A stretch of 58,018 nt of DNA, filler included, from Squatina squatina (taxonomy: Eukaryota): assembly GCA_031763465.1 (NCBI GenBank). It is 3 parts of 3 records of this genome, joined end to end, with 100 filler letters (N's around TTAATTAATTAA, not from the genome) between each part and the next. Parts side by side here need not be neighbours in the genome. Positions count along the whole stretch, not along the records: positions 18,306 to 33,379 come from JARFOE010615647.1; positions 33,480 to 58,018 come from JARFOE010000115.1; 1 more part is not named here. One strand, 5' to 3'. Below are positions 24,250 through 34,812 of the stretch, piece by piece (the stretch's first letter is position 1; each line of letters starts with the position of its first letter). Under the pieces are notes generated by a model. It was not told the origin of the DNA. It did no database searches and worked only from the letters and a program-made list of their open reading frames with translations. The position numbers were made by a program, and so were the translations under genes.

Positions 24250-25430
24250 AATTGAAATTTTGGATCTGCTCACTTTTTGGAGATTGAAATTTGAAATGTC
24301 AGCCTGGAGAGATGTGAACTTATCAACCTCAGCATTAACAACGGCCTTGTTGAGGGCATCTGTAGCAGATGAGGTGAGGTGGGGTCGGGCGGCATTTCAT
24401 AAGCTGTTAGTTAGCAGACTTTGAGATGGAGAGTACATGTGGATGGAAGCTCACATCAAAGGCAACTGCATCAAATATTTTTGCGAGTAGTCTGGTTCAA
24501 GTTCAGACAGTTGCATCAAGTGTGTGGAGTATTTGACTGTTGAACAGTGATTGAGGCAGGGAGCGACGAGAATAGGTTCAGACTTCCAAATATCTTGCAG
24601 AAGAAAATTTCTGCTTTTCGAGAACTGGACATCAGATAATCGCTGTGAAAATTCGACAGGTTGTGTTGGGTTGAGCAGGGAATCCACAACATATCCCTGA
24701 TCCCTAATAATGTATTTTCCAATGATATCTATGATGAAGAGCAGGTAGGTGAGAAATATGAGGGGCAGAGGATAGATGCTTAGGGGACACGAGAGACAAT
24801 GCTGTTGGAGCAAAATGAACCCATTGCAGACGATTGTGTCGCTAACGCTTTGTTGATAAGAATGGAACCAGTTGAGTGCCTCCCACCTTGCAGGAAGACT
24901 TTGTAAATGCACTGGAGGAAGATATTGCATCAACAGTGCAAAAGGCTGCAAACAGATCACCAAGGACGAGGACTGGCAGTTCACCTCCGCAGCATTCACA
25001 TCGGATGTCGCTTGTCACTTTGACAAGGACCATTTCTGTTCTGTGGCAAGGGCAGAAACCGATTTTAGATATTCAAACATGGATTTCTGGGAAAGAGGAT
25101 CACGGGTTTCAAAGGCGACTGTATGTTCAAGTTTTGGACATCAAAGGGATGTTGGAGAAGGGGCCGGAGATTGTAGTCACAGACGGGGCAAGGGTTCATT
25201 TTTTTTATAAAGTGTTGATCACGACAGACTTGAAGGGGAGTGACCAGTATCTGAGGAGAGAGAGCCGTTAAAATATCTGATAAAGTGAGGAGGAAAGGAA
25301 GCTGGGTGGTCAGAAATTATTGGGAATAGGTCCGAGAGACAAAAAGTGGGCTATCTGCATGTGATCAGCTCGGAGAGCATGTTGAGCAGAGCAGGGAGAA
25401 AACTTGAGAAAGATGTGCTTTCAGAGCTCG
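24250..25430 (-). mobile_element. Degenerate L2-type LINE RT fragment
   Basis: TEMVLVKVTSDIRCE...LVLGDLFAAFCTVDA resembles the L2 RT motifs STETALxKVxNDI and LLDLSAAFDTVDH. Confidence 0.75.
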
Positions 25431-25584
25431 CACAGCTGGCAATCAACTGGAAAGCTGAAAAAAAATGGAATTGCCATTAATCGATAGAGTAAATCCTGAA
25501 ATGTAATTGCATGACTTTAATAATGATGGTTTAGTTTGAATCTGAGTGGACATAAATTGTATTGATATTTTTTGTCTCTTGCAG

Positions 25585-26477
25585 TTAACTTGGTGGCGAT
25601 TGTGATCCTGGCGCGAGGAAAGTGCTGCCTCTCCAAATGTATCACACGCTACCTGGTAGCCATGGCAACGGCTGATCTCCTGGTTGTTTGTACGGTTGTA
25701 ATATTAAAATGCATTGTTGAATTGTATTTCACACGTTCTTTCTTGAACATTACTCCCGTGTGCTGTCTAAATGCAGTCCTCCTTTGTGCAGCGATGATGG
25801 CCTCTGTCTGGCTTACAGCGGTTTTCACCTTCGATAGATTTGTGGCCATTTGTTGTCAGAAGCTGAAAATGAAATATTGCACTGAGAAAACTGCAGCTGT
25901 TGTTGTCGGCGTTGTGAGTGTGCTGAGCATTTTATTGAACATTCCCTGCTATTTTTCATTTAACCCTGTATATACATTGGACAATGTGCCCCGGGGTTGT
26001 GTCTGGAACCAGAACTTTTTTACTGCACCCGCATGGGCCGCATTTGACTTGTTCAGTCTTACTTTAACACCTTGTATCCCATTCGTTCTGATAGTGCTGC
26101 TCAATTTTCTCACCGCAAGACACATTTTAATGTCCAGTCGAGTCCGCAGGGGATTCCGTGGCTGCAACAATGGAGAAAGTCACAAGGACTCAGAGATGGA
26201 GAACAGAAGGAAATCCATAATTTTATTATTCAGTATATCTGGCAGTTTTATATTGTTATGGGCGACTTTTATTTGCCATATTCTATATCTCCGTATAACT
26301 GTCGTTCATCATTCTGATGTTAATGACATTGAACTGCTGGGACTCATGGTTCAACATCTCAATTGCTGCACAAACACGTTTATTTATGTGCTGACACAGG
26401 AGAAATTCAGAGCGGAGCTCAAGAATGGGATAAAGTATGGAGTGAGTTTAATTGCAAAATTATTAACCAACAGATAA
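25585..26477 (+). CDS. GPR139/GPR142-like class A GPCR, large second exon (first exon not found)
   Basis: Acceptor ttttttgtctcttgcag| at 25584 (phase 1) and an open frame of about 297 codons to TAA. Motifs: VNLVAIVILARGKC (end of TM1), YLVAMATADLLV (TM2), FTFDRFVAICC (DRY-like), ENRRKSIILLFSISGSFILLW (TM6), NCCTNTFIY (NPxxY-like) and KFRAEL (helix 8). AATAAA at 26714-26719. Confidence 0.88.
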
Positions 26478-29400
26478 AGCCAAAAACTTTATACAAAATT
26501 TTTATCATTGATTGCAGTAAAGAGCAATTGGTGTCCACATGATTAATCAATATTGGTACAATTCTTGAGAAAAACTTGGTAATCGCTGGTTAATGTTATG
26601 TCTTCCCATTGACACACTGTGTTGTGTTTTGCCACACACATCTTAGTGTGTTGAACTACTGTTAGCTAGCGATTGTCTACTGTTCCAACACATGTAACAT
26701 TACATTGATTGTTAATAAAGAACATATGAAATGAATTTCAATTCTCTACAGACTTTGATTATGAAAGGAACAAAGAATTCAAAGATATCCCACCTCGCAT
26801 CTCTGCATCAGAAATGAAGGAGTTGGATTTTGGGAGCAATGGTACCATTTTGTCTCCTGTGCTCTCCACTCCCTCAAACTGGGACCTAAACATGCCAGCT
26901 GAAGGGGCCCAGTCTTGCTGTTCATCAGTTATCTTGTCACAGGGTTGTTCCTGCGTAAAGGCAACATTTGCTGACAGCGTCATTACCAAAGCTGCTGCAT
27001 CATGGGTCCGGAGTGGCTGTCCACTGGGACCAGGCATGGCAGGTACAAAAGGATACAAAAGAGTGGCTGTAAAATCCGCTGCCACATTATTGAGATTGAT
27101 GTTAATTTGTTTAATTTCTTCATGATTGTCTTCAATCGCCTTATTAATACAGTCAAGATGGTTACCTTATTCTGATTAATTGTTCTTATCTCTTGACTCC
27201 CAAGTTGCAATATAATTTTGCTCAGTTTGTTATCTTAGTGCTTCATTCAGGTTGTGAACATTGTCAGATTGGTGTATGTCTGTGTAACCACACTCAGATG
27301 TGCCTTACACAGTGCAAGAGGGGCCAGGTAAAGGTAAACTAGTGTGCCAACACACAGGATCAGTACCACCGCCTCCCACTGCCTGATGTAGCACCGATAC
27401 CTCCTCCTCCTTCATCTCCTCCCCTTCATTCACTACTTGTACAGGTGCTTCTGAGGGCCATTCAGACCCAGATTGGCCGACCTGTTTTTCACATGTGATT
27501 GATGGCAGATGCACTCCTGTGAGAAAGAAACAGGAAACAGGTAACATTTACAAAGGTGAAGCATTATCTCGTGCAACACAGAGGGCAATATTCTGCTCAC
27601 ACCTTACTGTTTTATTCATGCTGCTGAACAGACCCACTCACTTCTGTGATTTCCAATGTCTAATTCAAAAACTGGCATTTCTCCACCAGTCATGAGGCCC
27701 AGCATCATCGCGACCCCTTTGCGCTGGGCCTTGACATCTCCCTGAAAGTAGCGACTCCACCGCACATCATAGCACTCTCTCGAGCATTGTTTGTGATCTT
27801 ACTCTATATTAGATTGATACATTTTAAAGAAATTAAACCTCGGTTATTTTAAAATCAGCGAACAACAATCTAATGGTTTTGTTGACAGAGCTCGTGACTG
27901 GTGGAGACAGGGTATAGTTAATTTATTGAAGTCGCACACCTTCATTCTGTGAAACTGAGAAGACAGTTTACCAGGCCCTTTCGCATCACAAGCAACTGCA
28001 ATAAAAACATACATTTTACGTCGACATCATGTGCATTGACTCTGAAGCCCTTTCTTGTAGTAAACAAATGATAGACAATAAAATTACGTGTAACAACCTC
28101 AGGACCAAGCCAGAATGAAGTAAGTTCTCAGCACATGTGCCAATAAGGATGTTTGAATGTAACATACAAACTTACTTTAAAGGTTAACATTGAAACTTAT
28201 AATTCGTATATGATCCCTTGCAGATGGAAGTGAAATATTCAATTTTTTTGTGACACTGCTTCCCTATCCATTGAATCGTCGAGTTACCACTAATGGCAAA
28301 AGTGACTTACGACCATTTGCTTACTTGGCCTTACCCTGACAATTTTAACATTGTGATCCCAATTAGCCGCAGACGCTTTGCCTCAACTACATTGACGAGT
28401 GTGGTGAAGACATTATCTGATAATTCTGTGCTCTCTTGTGCATGACTACAGGTTTTGCTCCTTCCATTTCACTTTGCTCTTCAATGAAAATTATTGAAAG
28501 TCATTTCAAAGATTTAAAAATATTTTTAAATTGAATAAAATCTTATTACATTAATTAAGTCACTTTAAATATCTGTGAAAGCATTAAACGTGGCATTAAA
28601 GTTAAAAAAAAACTGCAACAGACTATAAAGAGAGATCCTGTACCTTTCAAGCTCCTGTGCTTTCACTGCTGAAGTCTGTGAGGAGTTAAAGGAAATTGGG
28701 GCCTGGTCTATGATAATATTTGGGAGGACTTGTGTGCAGACCCAGATGCTCCGTGCTTCATGCATTCTGTACTCCTGGGCTGCATGACGTCAGAGGCTCC
28801 CCAGTTTTCCTTTCCACAGCGAGGTCGCAAATCTCCGTGGATGGCAGGACTACAGGTACGTTCATAACACTTTTCACGATCGGGGGCCTACGTGCAAAAC
28901 AGGCCTCAGTTCGCAATTTATAGACCATAATTTCTGAATTTAGATAGTTCCTGTCCGGGTGCTTGTTTAATGTTGCTTGAGGACCAAGTGACCGGGCCAT
29001 CATCAGCTCGCGGCTTTCCTGTACCTGTGCTCAGTTTATGGGGCGGTTCAGCCTGGTAGCTTTCATCCCAGGAATGGACAATAACCCTCTGAGCTCTGGA
29101 AGTAGGGAAAGACGAACAATTAATGGATGTGTTTCGCTGCCTGAAATTTGTTGCTATTAATCGAGGCAGGCACTTCAATTCATTTCATTTTGTTCATGTT
29201 TATTCACAGGAATATCCGTAGTCAGGTGCTGAAAGCAACGAAGATATGGAAAATATAAGAAATAAGATAAGAAATATGAGAAATTTTGAATAACTCTATT
29301 GTGTTTACTGGTTGTTTACTGGTCAGGCGCCTTCCGAATTAAACAGGGTTTGGAAAGTAAATTTTTTAATGAAAATTAAAAAAATATATCACATGCAAAC

Positions 29401-29678
29401 AATTAAACTCTGCAGGAGTAGATAATTAATCACAATTCGTTACCCAATAGCCTTGTTTATCTGAATGAGAGAAACAGTTACTGAGGCATAGCTAGAAACT
29501 TCAAAAGTGAGCTATTCTAATTTGGCAAAGCTGCAATCATTGCTGAATTTTGATCCCGTACCAGATTGTAAACACTGTATGCTATCAGTTTGGATTTAAA
29601 TGTTCAATGCACAGGAGACAATGAACCTGGGGCTTATTTTGAAGAATGCCTTCAGAACAAAAGTATTCTCCAAAGTAA

Positions 29679-29751
29679 TGCTTCCTCCGGGGCTACAACC
29701 AGGGACCTTTCGCACGTGAGGCAAACGTGATAACTGCTGCACGACAGAAAC
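29679..29751 (-). pseudogene. tRNA-Val(CAC) pseudogene
   Basis: Minus strand GTTTCTGTCGTGCAGCAGTTATCACGTTTGCCTCACGTGCGAAAGGTCCCTGGTTGTAGCCCCGGAGGAAGCA is colinear with vertebrate tRNA-Val. The D-loop GG and T-loop TTCGA are mutated. Confidence 0.8.
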
Positions 29752-30301
29752 CTCCGCTTAGCGCAGCACCCAGGAGAAAACATCCGCCACAAGCTGAAAT
29801 TCTGAATCACTTTTTTTCGCAATAAACCATGAAAACACGATTCAAAAATATTCCTTCCATTATCTTTGTACTCCAGAATTGCCGCCCCCTGATTCTTCTG
29901 ATTCAGATGCCGATAGTTTTCTGAGCACATTCATTGTCCCTTTTCAATGTACTGTTTACACGCAACCTACAAATGTATAAAAATTGAAAAAAATTAGGCA
30001 CCAGGACAGATCTCTGAGGTGGAAGACTCATCAAATCCTGTCAATTAGAGAAGATACCCATTTATCATTACTCTCAATTCCAAGCCATGTTTAAACTTTG
30101 CCTCAAATTTGATTTCCACATGTAAAAAGAACATGAAAAGTTAAAAACATATGATAAGAGATTGTTTTCAGAAAGTTCCCTGATATTTATCCTGCATAGC
30201 TGGACTGTACTTCAGGAGCCTTTTTTTTCAGATTTTGGAGGAAGACAGGTTCAGATTTTCAGCATTTCACTGAACACATAAATCCTGGATTGAAACTGAG
30301 G

Positions 30302-30371
30302 GTTTCGTAGTGTAGTGGTTATCAAGTTCACTGTACACGTGCAAGCTATCAGCGTTCGAGTTATGGAAACA
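30302..30371 (+). pseudogene. tRNA-Val pseudogene (anticodon position reads TAC)
   Basis: gtttcgtagtgtagtggttatcaagttc...tacacgtgcaag...gttcgag...ggaaaca has an intact A-box and a damaged T-arm. Confidence 0.75.
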
Positions 30372-31181
30372 TAACGTTAAATATATTAAATTCTGTGAAA
30401 TAAGTCGAACCAATATATCCCCAGAAACTTCTTTGTCTCATGAGTAATGAATATTTTATACCAATGTCAAAAAAACAGAGAGTGTAAAACCATGCAGTGT
30501 ATTAAACTTTCGCAATCGTTAAAGTTTTGCAAATTATTACAGTTCAATTATTGAAGTTTCTGACTGTCCCCAATGAAACATGTTCACTCATTCTTCAGAA
30601 CGACGCCTATGGTTAATGAATGGTGATGATTTCCACCACCACCACCCACCACGCCTCCGCATGTTGATTAATAAAATGTAATCAATTAAAATATTTTAAA
30701 TTAAAGAATTTACTTTCTGACCCCGGTTTACATCGGTGAGTGACTGACCACTAAATGAGCAGGAAACACATTGAACAGTTCATCGCAATTGCTCACATGT
30801 CTTATCTTTTCTTCTTTTAGTTTTCACTCTGTTCAAGTCTTGACTGCGGATATTCATGTGATTAAACATTTACAAAGTGCAATGACTCGCTGTCCCTGCC
30901 TCGGTTAAGACCAGCAGATCTAACCCACATTTCCAACACCGCACCAACACCGTTACTTATTTGTTTTTGCTCAGTACCAGCGCTCAGAGGGTGAGTATAC
31001 ATTTCTGGAATTCAAACTACAACAGATCTGGGCCCAACCTCCGCATACACCAAACAGAGGCACAGGAAAACCCCGGGGAGGTGATATACCGTCGATTGGG
31101 AGTACCAGCAACATTGATGCAGCGTCCGGACTGGAACATTCTTAAAGTAGAAGTGGTGAGTTGCAGTTGAAACATTTATCA

Positions 31182-31264
31182 ATCAGGATGGCTCAGTGGT
31201 GTAAGGCACCATCTTCAGACTGATATGTCCGTTGGAGATGTCGCATTGAATTCCACAGCCGGCA
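31182..31264 (+). pseudogene. tRNA-Leu(CAG) pseudogene with downstream Pol III T-run
   Basis: atcaggatggctcagtggtgtaaggc...ttCAGac...tggag...gaattccacagccggca is colinear with tRNA-Leu including the long variable arm, and is followed by a T-run at 31269-31278. Confidence 0.7.
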
Positions 31265-31381
31265 GTTGTTTTTTTTTTATATAAAGAACTGATTTCCAAA
31301 ACACTGTGAATTGCTTTGGGACATCTATGTAATTTAATAAAATTGCTGCACTTCAGTTAAACAAGCTGATAACATAATTAA

Positions 31382-31420
31382 TTCCCTAACTGGGAATCGA
31401 ACACTGGGCGCTGACCTGGT
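31382..31420 (-). pseudogene. tRNA-Glu 3' half remnant
   Basis: Minus strand cccagtgttcgattcccagttagggaa compared with tRNA-Glu CCCGGGTTCGATTCCCGGTCAGGGAA; B-box retained. Confidence 0.6.
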
Positions 31421-31534
31421 GGGATTGCATTAATGAATCATTTAAAGATGCCCTCTAGATATCTTTTACTGCTGTGTTGGAAACACGTTTGCAATTTATT
31501 TCAATACAAAGGAGGGGATTTAAAAGCGCCAGTC

Positions 31535-32920
31535 TGCGCCCATGCTGAGACAGAGTCAAACCTCCAATGAAGTTGCTGTGATGAAGTCACCGCTGAGCTA
31601 AAGCTGGAGCTGATTGAATTTCGAGAAATCCTCAAAATGAAGGATCAGCTCATAAATATCAGGGACAACACAGTTTTCTCAACGTCAAACCCCATCCTTT
31701 CATAGTCAACATAGGAGGAAGAGACTTGGAGGGTGGACAGACACCACGAGGCTTAATTAATGGCATACATTTCAGCAACACATACTGCCAAATATTATCC
31801 ATTAAAATTCTTGCATTTTCTTTCAAGACTTACAGTGTTGAATCTGAAAATCAGCACCATTGGATTCTATCGTCATGGCTGATTCTAGTTTCATTGTAAT
31901 AATCAGTCCTGTAAAATGTGACAGATCGTGCCCCAAATTGCTGGTGTCATCACCAGTGAGCCTTGCGAAACAGACACCAAAATACAGTGTGTAAGTTGCA
32001 CAATGATTTAACAGTTGACATGTAAAGCAAGAATAAATCATTGCAATATCGAGTCTAACTCAGCGAGCTTTCAGTTTGCCGAAGGAGGTTTTCTGCTAAT
32101 TAATGAATTAGCTAATTAATTAATTTGGTTTTAATGGTGAAAACCAAAAAAAAGTTCAACAAAAAGCATTTGATTAAATTTAAGATCAAAGCCACCACCT
32201 TGGAATTAACAGTCTCAAGTCATACCGACCGAGCTGCGCGTGCCTGCTGAAAGCCCTTGGAGCTGTTCCAGTTTGTAGCCAGGAGACTGTCAAGTCACCC
32301 CAAATGCTCAACTTCTTCCATAGAACAAGAACCAGGAGCTGCTGACTTGCAAGGTTTGGAAGAAAATCAGCAATGAAAAGCTCATTGTCCACCACAGGTG
32401 TTCAGACAGTTTTTTGAAGGCAAAGGTTTTTTGTCCTTGTCCATGTCTCACGTCTATTTTTGGTGTGTCCCGTGTGTGTTTTTCTCTCTTGCTCTGTTTA
32501 ACTCTCAGTGGGGCCATCAACAATTTGATTTTTAACTAATTCCTTATCCTGAGAATCTTGTGATTCTCAAGTGCGCTGTGAGACAGTTTCAAACTTCTGA
32601 TAAAGTTGGATGCTACGAATTAATCTTTGAGCTAAAGGTGGCGCCGATCAAAGAGTGCGAATTCACTCAGTATTAAAAACGAGCTCACAGATATCAGGAG
32701 CAGTGCAGTCTGGTCAAACTTAAACCCCATTCTTTCGTATTCAACAGAGGAAGAAGAAACATGAACGGCTTCAGACGCCACAACATTTAATTATAAGCAC
32801 AAAAACACAAAATACTTAAGTTCAAAACATTTCACTGTAAAATTAATTCACTTTATTTCAATGGTCACTGCGTTGAATCTGAAAATGAGCAACACACGTC
32901 TTATGTTCACTACTGGCTCT
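31535..32920 (+). repeat. Diverged direct duplication (about 31535-31890 and 32568-32920)
   Basis: Colinear shared blocks tgagacag, tgagctaaag, agctca..atatcagg, aaaccccat.ctttc and gttgaatctgaaaat.agca at an offset of about 1035 bp. Confidence 0.75.
32171..32243 (-). pseudogene. tRNA-Lys-like pseudogene
   Basis: Plus strand ccaccaccttggaattaacagtctcaagtcataccgaccgagct aligns with the reverse complement of tRNA-Lys(CTT), CCACGACCCTGAGATTAAGAGTCTCATGCTCTACCGACTGAGCT. Confidence 0.6.
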
Positions 32921-33379
32921 ATTTTATGAGCAAGGATTAAATAATTGTTCTGTACTTTGCATGTTAACTGTGAAACCATTTCCCATTTTACGCATGGTAT
33001 TTTCGGAGTCTGGTTCACAATGGTTATTAGTGAAGACACAAGGAATCTGGGAAAACGATTGTAAGATTTAGCAGGATCAGATATTGTAAATAAGGTAGAA
33101 AGAGTCGTGAATAAACAATCCCTTCAGGATCATTTACAGATTCATGCAGTGAGCTTTGAAGTCCTGAAATTGTAATCAGACAGGGTGGGAATGATGTTCC
33201 CAACCACCCGGGGAGATATTGCAAAAGCCGGTTATGGGGCTGTTCATCAAAAGCTCGCATAACCGGTGTAGAATTCAGTACAACATGGTGAATGTTGGGC
33301 ACGCCAGTAACACAAAATGGAAGACAGGCCAACCAGGAGTACAAAACTGCAGATTGGGACAAGCAGGTGTGAAAAAACT

Positions 33380-33479
33380 NNNNNNNNNNNNNNNNNNNNN
33401 NNNNNNNNNNNNNNNNNNNNNNNTTAATTAATTAANNNNNNNNNNNNNNNNNNNNNNNNNNNNNNNNNNNNNNNNNNNN
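33380..33479. other. Artificial contig-joining spacer
   Basis: 44 N + TTAATTAATTAA (33424-33435) + 44 N, identical in design to 18206-18305. Confidence 0.95.
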
Positions 33480-34073
33480 TCACTATAACCGCCAAATTCA
33501 TGACCATGCAGTATATATCTAAGAAGAAATTATTATTAAATTACACTCACAACTTCATTAGAATAATGGTCACTTTACAAAGTTGAAAATGTGTTTCTCA
33601 TTTCGGCACAACGGAATGGGAACTGATTCAAGCCAACATGTTTCCAATAGCCCACTGAATGATGTAGTCTAAACAGAGAAGGGAGGCTCCATTCGATTTA
33701 AACTTTTATGGCCCTGAAGCATGGGTGGTGTAATTTCCCTCTGCTTTCCACATTTATTATTTTTTGGGGGAAAATATCCATATTAGTGAAGAACATAAAT
33801 AAGCATATAAAATATAAGCAAACATGGCCCTCAGATAAGGTCAATGCAACTGTGTATTCCAGGTCCTTGAACTCTAAATAGATGACTGGATAGTTGAACC
33901 AGCAAACAATTGTTCTGAATAGAAGTTGACCTTAGTTTATTGATTTGTTTGCACAAATGTTTGCCTAAAATACAATCAGTCCTGACAGGAGTGCCCCCAT
34001 GCTGCGCGGTGTTCAGATTTCAACAACCGCGTTATTTGTAGCCCAACACTAAATAACTGTTTTAGATAACAAT

Positions 34074-34122
34074 AGAGATAGATAGATAGATAGATGGCCG
34101 GGAATAGATGGATGATAGATAA
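34074..34122 (+). repeat. (GATA)n microsatellite, imperfect
   Basis: gagatagatagatagatagatgg...tagatggatgatagat. Confidence 0.8.
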
Positions 34123-34717
34123 TTATAAGGAATACTAAAACAGGGAGAAAAGATAAATATATGCATATAAACTGTTAATAAAGATAGAGTATAGATGCAA
34201 ATCGATGCATGGACAGATTGGCAGAGAGGGTGGGGGGAGAGAGAGAGAAGGAATGTATGAAAGTTAGATTCATATAAATTGTACTGTTTATCAATGTATC
34301 TACTTAGAAAAGCATCAAAGTTTAAAACCGGTTCTGGTTTCCTTTCTCCTTCAAAACAATAGGGGAAAGAATATGCTCCCAATAAAAGACGATGCAATAC
34401 AATGATTTGTGTTTATCTTCTTTAGCAATATAAAAAGGAATCAGCTGCGACATCNNNNNNNNNNNNNNNNNNNNNNNNNNNNNNNNNNNNNNNNNNNNNN
34501 NNNNNNNNNNNNNNNNNNNNNNNNNNNNNNNNNNNNNNNNNNNNNNNNNNNNNNNNNNNNNNNNNNNNNNNNNNNNNNNNNNNNNATAAAATACTGCTAT
34601 TAATCTTGCCGACTCAATGATTTTTAATTGGTTTACAAAATAATGGTGGCTCACCTGGCTTCACCATTCCCACATCACAGGTTCCTTAAATAAGGAGAAA
34701 CCCAACCTTTGCATAGC

Positions 34718-34812
34718 TATCTTTCTTTCTTTCTTTTCTCTCTTTCTCCTTTCTTTCTTCTTTCTTCCTATAAAACGTTATTTCTCTTTCTCTTTTTTCA
34801 TGCTTTCTTTCT
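34718..34812 (+). repeat. CT-rich (TTTC)n low-complexity tract
   Basis: ctttctttctttcttttctctctttctcctttctttcttctttcttcc. Confidence 0.75.

Noticed and set aside
25572-25584. TTG start making the GPCR a single-exon 301-aa gene
   Set aside because: These bases form the polypyrimidine tract and AG acceptor, and the protein would lack its N-terminus and half of TM1.
28785-28860. CRE site (TGACGTCA) and a 7SL-like ggactacagg match
   Set aside because: Short isolated matches with no extended similarity or promoter context.
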